NCBI GenBank assembly: GCA_964534625.1
Contig: CAZHRF010000003.1
Span: 1-64,000, forward strand
Source of the DNA: an uncultured archaeon
GTDB lineage: Archaea; Asgardarchaeota; Heimdallarchaeia; Heimdallarchaeales; Heimdallarchaeaceae
DNA: 64,000 nucleotides
Reading direction: 5' to 3'
In this document: positions 1-9,848 of the stretch, piece after piece
Numbering within the stretch: position 1 is the first letter of the stretch
How the letters are laid out: each line of letters begins with the position of its first letter
Translations under genes and position numbers: made by a program
Notes under the pieces: generated by a model
Seen by the model: the letters and a program-made list of their open reading frames with translations, nothing else
What the model was told of the DNA's origin: nothing
Databases searched by the model: none

Positions 1-1
1 C

Positions 2-55
2 CGCTCATTTGGTGCAGACTTTATTGAACGATTAGATACATTAGAGTCAGTATAA
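2..55 (+). CDS. 3' end of a gene running in from the left edge (RSFGADFIERLDTLESV*)
   Basis: Open frame from the window edge to TAA at 53-55, 13 nt before the next gene; too short to identify. Confidence 0.35.
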   Translation, partial: RSFGADFIERLDTLESV

Positions 56-68
56 AAGGAAAAAGGAA

Positions 69-383
69 ATGAACAATATGTCGAGTAATATGATAAAAGT
101 TATGATGCTTTATCCTTTCCATCAGTTTGTTAATGATAAAAAGAAATCATTTACCATAACATTCAATGAAGGGGATACATTCGAAGATTTAACCATAATA
201 CTCACCAACATGTTTGGAGACGAATTTACTAAATTATTACTAGATGAGGATAACAAAATTCATGATCACATCTCTGTAATGAAAGATGGTAGTAATATCA
301 CTTCACAACCAGATTGTGGGTTTTCAGTGCCACTAAAAAACAACCAAGAATATGTCTTTTGTTCATTTATCCCAGGAGGTTAA
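69..383 (+). CDS. MoaD/ThiS/SAMP-like ubiquitin-fold sulfur carrier
   Basis: About 100 aa, C-terminal diglycine (IPGG*), directly upstream of an AOR gene; true start may be a later Met. Confidence 0.8.
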   Translation: MNNMSSNMIKVMMLYPFHQFVNDKKKSFTITFNEGDTFEDLTIILTNMFGDEFTKLLLDEDNKIHDHISVMKDGSNITSQPDCGFSVPLKNNQEYVFCSFIPGG

Positions 384-386
384 AAC

Positions 387-2243
387 ATGTCAAAAACAAA
401 ATTAAAAGGTTATACAGGAAAATATTTAGATATAAATCTCACCACTCAAAAAGTTGCGATTAAAGAATTACCAGCGGATTGGCCAAAAAAATATATTGGA
501 GGTATTGGTTTCGGTATTAAAGTTGCATGGGACAATATTCCTCAAGATGTTGATGCATTATCACCAGAAAATGTGATAAGTTTTTGGACAGGTCCTTTTG
601 CTGGTACAATGGTACCAGTTTCAAGTAAATATACTGCAGTAGCCAAATCACCTTTAACAGGAACAATAGGGTTTGGTATCTCTTCAGGTAATTTTGGTGC
701 AGAACTTAAACGTGCTGGTTGGGACGGTGTAGTTATTCGTGGAAAAGCAAAAAAATTGACTTATATTTTTATTGATGATGATATCGTTGAATTTCGTGAT
801 GCAGAAAAATATGCAGGTAAAGGGACATGGGAAGTAGATGATCTAATCAAAGAAGAATTGGGTGATCCCTCTGTTCGGAGTGCAATCATTGGATCAGCTG
901 GTGAGAGATTAGTCAGATATGCATGTATTACCAATGACAAGAATCGACACATAGGAAGAAATGGGATGGGTACTGTTATGGGGTCAAAGAATCTCAAAGC
1001 CATATCTGTCCGCGGAACAAAAAATGTTGAAGTAGCGGATTTGGATACGCTTTTCAAGAAGGTCAAACAATTATACAAAGATTGTAGAGGACCAGCTATG
1101 TATTATGGTCGAATAGGAACACCAGTAAAAGTCCTTAAACATAATAAAAAAGGAGTATTAGCCACTCGTAATCATCAACAAATGACATTTGAACACGCAG
1201 AAAAAGTTTCTGGTGAGGAAATGATGGAAAAAAAAGTGAAAAAAATTATCGCGTGTGAAATGTGTGCTGTTGCTTGTGATCATGTTAATGTTATCGAAGA
1301 GGGAGAGTACAAAGGAGCAATAGGCAGTATTGATTTCGAGTCACTCTGGGCACTTGGACCACTCGTTGGTGTAGCCAACCTGGATGCTGTCACCAAAGCA
1401 ACCGAATATTGTGATACATTAGGAATAGACACCATTTCAACAGGAGGTGTCATCGCTTGGGCAATGGAGTGCTATGAAAAAGGTGTTTTTACTAAGAAAG
1501 ATACTGATGGATTAGAATTAAACTTTGGGAATCACCAAGCAATGGTAGAGTTGGTTCGACGTATAGGTACCCGAGAAGGAAAATTTGCCTCACTACTTGG
1601 AGAGGGATCCAAACGGGCTGCACTCCAAACCGGTAAACATACTATCAAATTTGCCATGCAAATTAAAGGACTAGAAACAAGTGCATATCCATTCCGAGTG
1701 ATGCAAACAGGTGCCTTAGGTCATGCAACATGTATTACTGGTGCCTTTTATCAAAGATCTGGATCTTACCAGTATGATGAAAAAGACGTAGTTGACCGAT
1801 TTTCATTGGATGATAAAAGAGGAAAACTCGTAGCTGATGGAGAAGATGATTACACCGTCATTGATTCATTGATTATTTGTAAATTTTCTCGCCGAATCTA
1901 TCCCGACAAGGAAAAATTAGCAGAAATTTGGAAATGGGTGACAGGTGAAGATGTAACATATGATGAACTTCTAACTCGTGGAAAGAGAATTTATACTCTT
2001 GGAAAATGTTTCAATGTACGTCATGGGTTCACACGCAAAGACGATTATCTTCCAGCTAGATCCTATGAAGATGTCTTGAATGACCATATAAATAAAGAAG
2101 TTGTTGTAAAAATGGATCAATGGGATACAGCATTAGACTCCTATTATGAAGAACGCGGATGGAACACCAAAACAGGTATTCCAAAGAAGAAAACGTTGAA
2201 GCAACTGGGACTGGAGGAAGCTGCAGAAGAGGTGGGTGTTTAA
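387..2243 (+). CDS. aor: Tungsten-dependent aldehyde:ferredoxin oxidoreductase (AOR family)
   Basis: KSPLTG, GRNGMGTVMGSKNLKAI, CxxCxxxC (CEMCAVAC), DTLGIDTIS, DSLIICKF and YYEERGW motifs. Confidence 0.93.
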   Translation: MSKTKLKGYTGKYLDINLTTQKVAIKELPADWPKKYIGGIGFGIKVAWDNIPQDVDALSPENVISFWTGPFAGTMVPVSSKYTAVAKSPLTGTIGFGISSGNFGAELKRAGWDGVVIRGKAKKLTYIFIDDDIVEFRDAEKYAGKGTWEVDDLIKEELGDPSVRSAIIGSAGERLVRYACITNDKNRHIGRNGMGTVMGSKNLKAISVRGTKNVEVADLDTLFKKVKQLYKDCRGPAMYYGRIGTPVKVLKHNKKGVLATRNHQQMTFEHAEKVSGEEMMEKKVKKIIACEMCAVACDHVNVIEEGEYKGAIGSIDFESLWALGPLVGVANLDAVTKATEYCDTLGIDTISTGGVIAWAMECYEKGVFTKKDTDGLELNFGNHQAMVELVRRIGTREGKFASLLGEGSKRAALQTGKHTIKFAMQIKGLETSAYPFRVMQTGALGHATCITGAFYQRSGSYQYDEKDVVDRFSLDDKRGKLVADGEDDYTVIDSLIICKFSRRIYPDKEKLAEIWKWVTGEDVTYDELLTRGKRIYTLGKCFNVRHGFTRKDDYLPARSYEDVLNDHINKEVVVKMDQWDTALDSYYEERGWNTKTGIPKKKTLKQLGLEEAAEEVGV

Positions 2244-2779
2244 TGACCGAGCAAGTCGCAGAGCAACAAGAACCAATACCACAGAGCAAAAGAAAAATCA
2301 TCCTCTGTAATACTGACGAGTGTACGGGATGTCGTATTTGTGAGTATGTATGTGCAGTGGTAAATGAAGGGGTACAAAACCCTCGTCTTTCCCGCATACG
2401 TGTAATTAGAATTGATCCTGTATTTGACCTTGCATTAGCTTGTCGAAAATGTGAACATCCTACGTGCCTTGATGCATGTGCTCGCAGTGCTATTACACAA
2501 GATCCAGTTACCAACATCATACACATTGATGAAGAAAAATGTGATGGGTGTGGCTTTTGCGTTGAAATCTGTAACTTTGGTGTGCTGACGATAGGCATTG
2601 ATAAAAAAGTGTCTTTTGTCTGTGACACGTGTGAAACGAACAACGATGGAGACCCTGCTTGTGTGCAGTACTGTCCGAAAGAAGCGTTATCGTTTGTTTC
2701 TATCGATGACTGTACTGATGAACGGGTGAAGACCTTTCATCAAGTTTTACAGCAAAATGTTGATGTGTCTGATCAGTAA
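2243..2779 (+). CDS. 4Fe-4S polyferredoxin (DmsB/HybA-like AOR partner)
   Basis: Four Cys clusters (CTGCRICEYVC, CRKCEHPTC, CDGCGFCVEIC, CDTC..C..CP); start reassigned to the ATG overlapping the aor stop (TAATG). Confidence 0.9.
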   Translation: MTEQVAEQQEPIPQSKRKIILCNTDECTGCRICEYVCAVVNEGVQNPRLSRIRVIRIDPVFDLALACRKCEHPTCLDACARSAITQDPVTNIIHIDEEKCDGCGFCVEICNFGVLTIGIDKKVSFVCDTCETNNDGDPACVQYCPKEALSFVSIDDCTDERVKTFHQVLQQNVDVSDQ

Positions 2780-2860
2780 ATCTATTTTTCTTTTATATTT
2801 TCTTTTAACAATTATCAATCTACAATTATCTGAATCTTTTTTTGTTTCAAATATAATATA

Positions 2861-3055
2861 CACACGTCTACAGCCCTTACCACTCGTATTCACAACAAGC
2901 GAAGTGCGAATGAAGCGAACATCAGCTGAAGGACTAGACTGTGGAAAGGTACTTCACATATGGAAACCAGAACAGACCATATAAACCCATCAACTATTGT
3001 GTAACCAAGGTCCGTAGGAGAAGGAGCAAGGTGACCAACGCTCACGTACCTTTTG
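2861..3055 (+). ncRNA. Candidate structured non-coding RNA, family unknown (strand uncertain)
   Basis: GC-elevated island in an AT-rich spacer; helices 2945-2952/3046-3053 and 2958-2963/2977-2982; AT-rich TATA-like run upstream, T-tracts downstream. Confidence 0.3.
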
Positions 3056-3300
3056 ACTTCTCTTTTTGTTTCCAGATATTTTTTTCACCAATTACTTGTT
3101 TTTTTCTTTTTGTTCTACGCAAATTAAGTAAGTTATGGTAAAAACTAGTAAAATTTCAATCCTCAATCTATAATAGTCTTGTTTTATGCGCTCATATTTT
3201 GTTCTATAACAGCTAAGTACTAATGGTAAAAATTTCTAAGTTGTCGTTCCTCAGTTCCTTATAGTTAATAAGCTATAAAAGAAAAAACAGATAAAAAAAC

Positions 3301-4203
3301 CTAAAGTTTTAAATCATTCGCTGATATCTGTACGGGTTCATTGTCCATTTTTACCCCCTCTGTCACTAATAAATCATCCACATAATACACAGTTCCATGT
3401 ACATGGGTATTTGGACCTAGTTTTACTAAAAATCCTTTAACATCCCCTTCAACATATACATCCTCAATGTCTACTTTTTTATGTGCAAATATATTTCCAC
3501 TTACTTCAGATAATTCTCTCCCCTTTCCAAATACAAGTGTAAATACAGGTCTTTTACCACTAATAAGAATGTTTTCTCCAATTAGATCTCCACCAACAGT
3601 TGATTTTCCACTAAGTTCAATAGTTTTTCTTGAGACCACATTTCCCTTTAATTCATTTGATCCCGAGGCTTTTATTCCATCTTCAGCTTGAACATTATCA
3701 CCCACAAATATTGATCCAGAAACATTTATTTCCCCTTTTGTTGTTAATTCATTTTCAACTTTTATAGAACCACTCGCCGATATATCTGCATCACAGTGAA
3801 CCTTCCCAGCCACTTTAAATGAACCTGATGTTTTGATATTCCCCCTAGCAATTAAATCACCGCCAACTTTGGAAGCTCCTGATGATCGAAAAGAGTTACA
3901 TTCAATATTTCCATCTATTTTTCCAGCACCAGAAATACGGATGTCTCTATCAACTTTACCTCCACTAATCTTACTCGCACCAGAAAAACTCATAAGCGTT
4001 TCACTTATACTCTGTGAACCTGCAGATTTAATAACACGAGGTGCGTCTTTTAATTCTTCTTTAGCAGTCTTTGCTTCCTCATATTTCGCGGAATACCGTT
4101 CTTTTAATTCGAGATAACTTTCTTTATCTATTTCTCCATTCTTATATCTTTTCTCTAGAATTTCTAATAATTCTGAATACATTTTTGCATCTTTGCTACT
4201 CAT
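3301..4203 (-). CDS. Bactofilin-like (polymer-forming, beta-helical) protein with N-terminal SHOCT-like motif
   Basis: Repeats of (I/V)xGxxx(I/V)xG; N-terminal LEKRYKNGEIDKESYLELKERY; ATG 4203 preferred over GTG 4212. Confidence 0.75.
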   Translation of the reverse strand: MSSKDAKMYSELLEILEKRYKNGEIDKESYLELKERYSAKYEEAKTAKEELKDAPRVIKSAGSQSISETLMSFSGASKISGGKVDRDIRISGAGKIDGNIECNSFRSSGASKVGGDLIARGNIKTSGSFKVAGKVHCDADISASGSIKVENELTTKGEINVSGSIFVGDNVQAEDGIKASGSNELKGNVVSRKTIELSGKSTVGGDLIGENILISGKRPVFTLVFGKGRELSEVSGNIFAHKKVDIEDVYVEGDVKGFLVKLGPNTHVHGTVYYVDDLLVTEGVKMDNEPVQISANDLKL

Positions 4204-4293
4204 TTGTATCACTTTAATTATTTATTATCTTGGATTTATATAATGATTTTTTTAATCACCGAGGAACACAACTTAAACAAGAAGCATATCGTT

Positions 4294-4309
4294 TTAACCA
4301 AATGGTTAA
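4294..4309. promoter_or_regulatory. Palindromic operator candidate TTAACCA-AA-TGGTTAA
   Basis: Perfect 7-2-7 inverted repeat between the divergent bactofilin-like and ArsR genes. Confidence 0.55.
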
Positions 4310-4434
4310 TAGGAAAATAATGCTGGGAACAGTAATATTTTCCTTTATGTCTTCTAGGCGAGAACTAATCAATAAGTGGATAATAATAATAATTAAACCA
4401 TAAAGTTTTATTATGCACAATCTATTTTTTTATC

Positions 4435-4884
4435 ATGAATACAGATATTTTTGATCATCCTATTGTTGAGACCATCTGTAATATTTTACGTGATTCTACA
4501 AGAAGACATATTTTAGCTATGCTCATGGAAATGAAAATGACAGCTGATGATATTACTCAACAATTAGATATTTCAAGACCTGCTGTTGAAAAACATTTGA
4601 AGCAGATGTTGGAGATAGGATTAATCGAAAGGAGAGCAGAAACATACCCTACACTACACTATATTTACTCATTGCCTGATGTCTCTGAATCGCTTATCAG
4701 GAGTTTACAAGACACCATGGATGAGTATGTAACCATGCTTAAAGAAGATTATACTAATCGACTAGAAAATGAAGAACAGCGATACTTACTAGGCATGAGC
4801 TCAAAAGAGCGTTATGTGGCATTAAAAGAAACCTATAATGCAATACTAAACCAATTAAAAAAATTTGAAGAAACGAATTCATAA
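4435..4884 (+). CDS. ArsR/SmtB-family winged-helix regulator with C-terminal SHOCT-like motif
   Basis: RRHILAML..MTADDITQQLDISRPAVEKHLKQMLEIGLI HTH; C-terminal EQRYLLGMSSKERYVALKETY. Confidence 0.85.
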   Translation: MNTDIFDHPIVETICNILRDSTRRHILAMLMEMKMTADDITQQLDISRPAVEKHLKQMLEIGLIERRAETYPTLHYIYSLPDVSESLIRSLQDTMDEYVTMLKEDYTNRLENEEQRYLLGMSSKERYVALKETYNAILNQLKKFEETNS

Positions 4885-4979
4885 TGATTCCTTTTCCATT
4901 GTAAATCCCATAATTATTGCAGTAAGAGTTAAGGATGTAAATACTAGAGTTTATAAAATTTCAAAAAAAAGAAGCTTAG

Positions 4980-5480
4980 ATGTCTTACAATATTAAATCT
5001 AGAAACTTTATTTCGACTAAAGATAAAAGAGATCTCATTCAAGAACTTGTAAACCTTTATGGAGACAAAGGAAAAAATTTTCTTAATAAAAAAGATCCAA
5101 TTGAAAGAATAAAAACCGAAGAAGAAGACTTTTTTTACATAAAAAATGGTAAAATTTGGTTGTTCAATAATGATAATATGTTAATTCCTTCTTTACATTG
5201 TCTTAAAGAACATCCCGAAAACGTTTTTAGGGTCACAGTTGATGTTGGTGCCATTCGCTTTGTAACAAACGGTGCCGATGTAATGGCCCCAGGTGTTACT
5301 TTTTTTGATAAGAGAATAAAAGAAGATATGATTGTTGCAGTTGATGAAGAGAAAGCCAATACACTTTTAGCAGTTGGTAGAGCATTAATTAACGCTGAAG
5401 AATTTGAAAATAAAGAAAAAGGTAAAGTTATTGCAGTAATTCATCATTTAACAGATGAATGGTGGGAGTGGACGTTATAA
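4980..5480 (+). CDS. PUA-domain RNA-binding protein (MCT-1/Tma20-like)
   Basis: VDVGAIRFVTNGADVMAPG and KGKVIAVIHHLTDEWW signatures. Confidence 0.88.
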   Translation: MSYNIKSRNFISTKDKRDLIQELVNLYGDKGKNFLNKKDPIERIKTEEEDFFYIKNGKIWLFNNDNMLIPSLHCLKEHPENVFRVTVDVGAIRFVTNGADVMAPGVTFFDKRIKEDMIVAVDEEKANTLLAVGRALINAEEFENKEKGKVIAVIHHLTDEWWEWTL

Positions 5481-5492
5481 TCCCCCTACCCC

Positions 5493-8400
5493 TTATTTCA
5501 GTCTTATTGATGAACCATTAACTGGAGATACGCTCTCTCTGTGTGTCGTCTTATAGATCCATGATGCAAAATTATTTGCCTTACTTTCTTCTCCATGAAA
5601 AACGATATATCTATAAGGCTTTGGATGAACTTTGCGGATATAATTTTCTAGTTCTCGCCTATCACTATGTCCAGTAAAACCGGATATGGAATGAATTTGC
5701 ATTGCAACATGGTACATAACGGTTTTACCCGTTTCTACAAATTGTACTTCAGTAATCCCTTTCTGAATTTTGCTTCCTAATGTTCCTTTTCCTTGATAGC
5801 TTACAAATATCAAGGAATTATTCGGATTATTGCTTAAATTCTTGAAATAACTAACACTTGGACCACCAGAAAGCATACCACTAGTAGCCATAATAATACA
5901 GGGATCACCCTGTACAATTAATTCCCTTTCTTCATTGGAGGTCACTTGTTGAAAGGCTTCTGCCAAAAAAGGATTTTGACCCACGTGGAAAATGCGGTCT
6001 CGTACTCCTTTACTCAAAAACTCCGGATGACAGCTTGTTATGGCCGTGGCTTCTTGAATCATACCATCAGTATATATCGGGATTTGAGGAATCTGTTTAG
6101 CCCTTATAAGTTTCTCCAATATTATCATTACTTCTTGTGCTCTTCCAACAGCTAGGACTGGAATGAGAATTATCCCTCCTCTTTCTACAGTATTATTTAC
6201 AATATCCGCAAGTTTTTTTTCACAATTAGAACGAGAGGGAAGGATATCATTCGATTTACCATAGGTTGATTCAATAAAAAGTGTTTCAAGTCTTGGAAAC
6301 CGACAAGTTGCATTATCTAATAGATTGGAACTAGAGAATTTCATATCTTGAGCAAAAGCCATATTGTAAAGACCTTCACCTATATGGAGATGGGGAATTG
6401 CACTCCCAGCTATATGACCCGCATTATGAAAAGTCAACCTAATATCAGGAGCTATATCGGTTACCTCACCATATTCAAGAACAATTGTATGTAAGACCGT
6501 TTCTCTTATGTCTCGATTGTCATAAGGTTGTACTTTACCCTCCTTATTTGCAACATCTAAATAATCAATTTGTAACATGGTCATCAGATCACGAGTAGGG
6601 CGAGTGCAATACACAGGGCCTTCATACTTGAACTTGTAAAGATAAGGAACAAATCCCGAATTATGGACAATTATGTTGTTGGCAATAAAATTATGATGTT
6701 TTTCTACCTCTAGATCAATCAACTGAGTATCATTTTTTTGTTTTGATATCCGCTTAATTTGCTGCCATTCAACATCTAGAGACAGAATATAGTTAATTTT
6801 CATAATATAATCGCTAATGATAGTTTTAGCTTGGTTTAGTTGTTGCACAAGAAACTGTTTAACCTTTTGAGTTATATCATCCTCATATTGGTTTTCTTCA
6901 CTATATTGTATTTGCCAAAATTTTAATCCTAAACTAGATGACATCTGTTCTCTTGTTATAGATAGTTTTTGCCTAACTTCATGATAATTGTCGTTTATAT
7001 AATAATGCAAATCTTCAAGATATTCAAACCTATCCTCGAGAATATTTACTAAGTCTCTCGCACCGTCTTTTGACAAATAGCCTGTTTTTCGTCTATATAT
7101 ACTTAATATTCTTGATGGTAAATTGGCTATTTTAGGGCTATTGGGCTTTCTCTTGAGATATCCAACATTTCTTAATATAACTTTAACATCCCTAGATGAA
7201 ATAGGTACAAGATCTCTTAATCTATAGTTTGTTTCTTTTGGAATTTCTTCCAAGAATTGTTCTAGCTTACGTTTTTTTGTTGAAGAAGTAAAACCAATTG
7301 AATCTGCAAATTGTCTAATAGAATCAGGTGAGTTAACATTTAATGTGCCCCCATTCACATACATAGAAGCATGAATTCCTAGTCGATATAACAAGACTTG
7401 CAAGTTTTTTAATAAATTCTTGCTAAAAATGTACATTTTCACGTTGGTCGAAATCGAGCCTTCGGCATCGAATAAACCCTTAATATAATGAGATATAATT
7501 CCCTCATCTGCATTTTTAATAATTGCTGGTACTTGGATCTTTCTACTTTTTGCAAATATTGTCTCAAAATTTTTCTCTAAAAACCGACAAACATATGTAT
7601 TAGTTAATTCAATACTATATGTTTTCATTTGAGTATCACTTCGTGTTCTGATTATTGGTGAAATGCCAAATATCTTCTTAATTAGATCAACATAATAATT
7701 CACAACTGTACGATCTGGCTCAACTATTTTAAACGTCATTGTATTTGAATCCTTACAGCCATCTCCTTGAATATACCCCACTAGTTGTGCTAAATCCTTT
7801 GTGAGGTGGGTAGGTAAACGCAGTAAGTCATGTTTGGTACCAAATTCATTCCATTTCAATCCATAATAAGCAATAAGTTTTTGCAAAACAGGGAATGATA
7901 CACTTTTACTTCTATTTTCAATATTAGAAATAGTATTAGATTGGATCCCTAAGTCACTTGCGACTTTTGCTTGGGTTAAAGCCTTTTTCAGTCTAATTTC
8001 TCTGAGTAGATTTCTTATTTCGCTATTTATCTTTACATTACCTGCATACTCTATCTGCCTAAACAATTGCTTTTGCATGTTTTTTCTATTAATACAATGA
8101 GTTTTTTCAACAGGTATAAGTTGTGCCTTCTTTAAATCTCTGGCTTCAATCTCTTTTAGTTCAAAATTCTCAATAACAAAAAATCGATGGTTGGGAGAAG
8201 ATTTAATATTTAGATAGGGGGTTCTTATCTCATAAGAGAATTTATGGCCGCTAGTAAACGTTTTTTCAATACATTTTGCAGACTGATACTTTCCTGTTTT
8301 CCAGTTAAAACTTAATAGAGCATCATTTAATTGGATATCTTTTATGGGTTTCCAAGAGCCATCTGCCATTTTTATCGGTGTTTCTGGAGGAAGACAATGA

Positions 8401-9140
8401 TCTAAATGAGCATGTGAAACAACAACAGCATCTAATGATTCTACACTAAACTCTGGTAGATCAAAACGCGGAAAACTATTTTTTGGAGATTGAGAACCAA
8501 CATTGATACCACAGTCCACCAATACTTTGCTTTCACCCGTTTGGACGAGAGAACAACTTCTTCCTACCTCACTATATCCCCCTAGAGCAGTTACTCGAAT
8601 AGTATCATCTCGATAAAGCAATGGTCGGTGGATCCGTTGTCCAATTAATCTTAAAACCAGCTGCCTTTTTTCTGCATGTTCTTGATATAAATGTCTGATA
8701 GTCTTAATAACACGAGATTCAATAGGCGGTGTTCGCATTACTCTGGGTCTCCATAATGTTTTAGAAACAATTTCACGGAGAGTTTCACCAGATTTGCCAA
8801 TAACCACACCAGGTTTATTTGCTTCAATTAAAACCTCACCTAAGTTATCCTCAAAATCTATTGTCGTTATTTCTCCAGTTTCACCAACAAGATTTTGTAT
8901 GAAGTATACAGTTTCATCTTTAGCCATCCGGACTTTAGGATCAGAACGAATAACAATTCTCTTTCTAATCCTTTTAGCTAAATCTTTCACTATACTCTCA
9001 TCGTTCACTAAAACGCGAGGATTACTACTATATATTGCAACTTCTGGACCTTCAAATTCAATTTGTGTTACTTGGTTATTTGGAGGTAAGTTTTCTTTAA
9101 TTTCTTTAGTTATTTCATCTAACACTTCTTTATAGCTCAA
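5493..9140 (-). CDS. fttA: aCPSF1/FttA KH-beta-CASP ribonuclease (transcription termination factor), intein-containing
   Basis: N-terminal KH domains (EFEGPE, KPGVVIGKSG), GGYSEVGRS, HAHLDH, AGHIAGS, ESTYG, GFTGHSD; likely start TTG 9140 rather than 9212. Confidence 0.93.
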   Translation of the reverse strand: MSYKEVLDEITKEIKENLPPNNQVTQIEFEGPEVAIYSSNPRVLVNDESIVKDLAKRIRKRIVIRSDPKVRMAKDETVYFIQNLVGETGEITTIDFEDNLGEVLIEANKPGVVIGKSGETLREIVSKTLWRPRVMRTPPIESRVIKTIRHLYQEHAEKRQLVLRLIGQRIHRPLLYRDDTIRVTALGGYSEVGRSCSLVQTGESKVLVDCGINVGSQSPKNSFPRFDLPEFSVESLDAVVVSHAHLDHCLPPETPIKMADGSWKPIKDIQLNDALLSFNWKTGKYQSAKCIEKTFTSGHKFSYEIRTPYLNIKSSPNHRFFVIENFELKEIEARDLKKAQLIPVEKTHCINRKNMQKQLFRQIEYAGNVKINSEIRNLLREIRLKKALTQAKVASDLGIQSNTISNIENRSKSVSFPVLQKLIAYYGLKWNEFGTKHDLLRLPTHLTKDLAQLVGYIQGDGCKDSNTMTFKIVEPDRTVVNYYVDLIKKIFGISPIIRTRSDTQMKTYSIELTNTYVCRFLEKNFETIFAKSRKIQVPAIIKNADEGIISHYIKGLFDAEGSISTNVKMYIFSKNLLKNLQVLLYRLGIHASMYVNGGTLNVNSPDSIRQFADSIGFTSSTKKRKLEQFLEEIPKETNYRLRDLVPISSRDVKVILRNVGYLKRKPNSPKIANLPSRILSIYRRKTGYLSKDGARDLVNILEDRFEYLEDLHYYINDNYHEVRQKLSITREQMSSSLGLKFWQIQYSEENQYEDDITQKVKQFLVQQLNQAKTIISDYIMKINYILSLDVEWQQIKRISKQKNDTQLIDLEVEKHHNFIANNIIVHNSGFVPYLYKFKYEGPVYCTRPTRDLMTMLQIDYLDVANKEGKVQPYDNRDIRETVLHTIVLEYGEVTDIAPDIRLTFHNAGHIAGSAIPHLHIGEGLYNMAFAQDMKFSSSNLLDNATCRFPRLETLFIESTYGKSNDILPSRSNCEKKLADIVNNTVERGGIILIPVLAVGRAQEVMIILEKLIRAKQIPQIPIYTDGMIQEATAITSCHPEFLSKGVRDRIFHVGQNPFLAEAFQQVTSNEERELIVQGDPCIIMATSGMLSGGPSVSYFKNLSNNPNNSLIFVSYQGKGTLGSKIQKGITEVQFVETGKTVMYHVAMQIHSISGFTGHSDRRELENYIRKVHPKPYRYIVFHGEESKANNFASWIYKTTHRESVSPVNGSSIRLK
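6660..8396 (-). mobile_element. 579-aa intein with LAGLIDADG homing endonuclease and HTH insert(s)
   Basis: Begins CLPPET immediately after HAHLDH, ends IIVHN followed by Ser; block B SSPNHRF; LVGYIQGDG and YIKGLFDAEG endonuclease motifs. Confidence 0.93.
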
Positions 9141-9299
9141 ATTACGTACAACCCTTTTATTATTTGAGAACAAAAGAACAAAATTGCTTCTTTGCTCAAT
9201 TAACTTACACAATTGTAAAATTACATTTAAAAAGCATTCAATACTGTATATATATTTTTTGATTTAATCGTAATAATAAAAATAACAAAGTGTATTTCT

Positions 9300-9848
9300 T
9301 TATCCTCCACGCCTTAGATACCAACCACGATCTAAGGGAACATGTCTTTTCCCCGTAATAATGGCATAATTAGAAGGTAAAGAGTTTATTTTTGAGGAAT
9401 CTACGCGAACTCTCCCAACACCATAATCTAGATTATTCTTACCAATAATTATAACCACATCATTTCTGGCAAATTCTCCTTCTATTTTTGCAATATTGCT
9501 CTTATGAATGGTTTTGCCATAAAGATATTGATCTGTTTTCACAAAAATTTTTTTAGAGATATAAGGTCTTAAAAAAGTTCCCCCTTCAATTTCAAGTTGG
9601 AATTTATTTCGTTTAATAGAGCCTACAGGTATCCCCGCAAAGTATATAGAAAGATTATTGAATAATATAAAATTACTCAATTGACAAGGAATAGCAAAAA
9701 CTTCCATTATTTTTCCATCTTTTAACCAAAAATCATAACCACAGAACGCATCTAAACACGTTTCATTAAATTCCGTAGTCAAAAAATCTTTAATTATCCT
9801 TATCTCTTCATCATGCGCCCTTCTAAAAGACATCTTATCAACTATCAT
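9300..9848 (-). CDS. Nip7/UPF0113-like PUA ribosome-biogenesis protein
   Basis: YFAGIPVG, QYLYG, C-terminal DRGWYLRRGG; coupled to the Nop2-like methyltransferase. Confidence 0.75.
   Translation of the reverse strand: MIVDKMSFRRAHDEEIRIIKDFLTTEFNETCLDAFCGYDFWLKDGKIMEVFAIPCQLSNFILFNNLSIYFAGIPVGSIKRNKFQLEIEGGTFLRPYISKKIFVKTDQYLYGKTIHKSNIAKIEGEFARNDVVIIIGKNNLDYGVGRVRVDSSKINSLPSNYAIITGKRHVPLDRGWYLRRGG

Noticed and set aside
2905-2935. SECIS element or hammerhead ribozyme
   Set aside because: AUGA..UGA spacing is too short for SECIS and upstream genes lack in-frame UGA; CUGAAGG does not fit CUGANGA
3000-3040. SRP RNA
   Set aside because: Helix-8-like loop lacks the CAGG/AGCA register and GNRA tetraloop; no Alu domain or 300-nt rod visible
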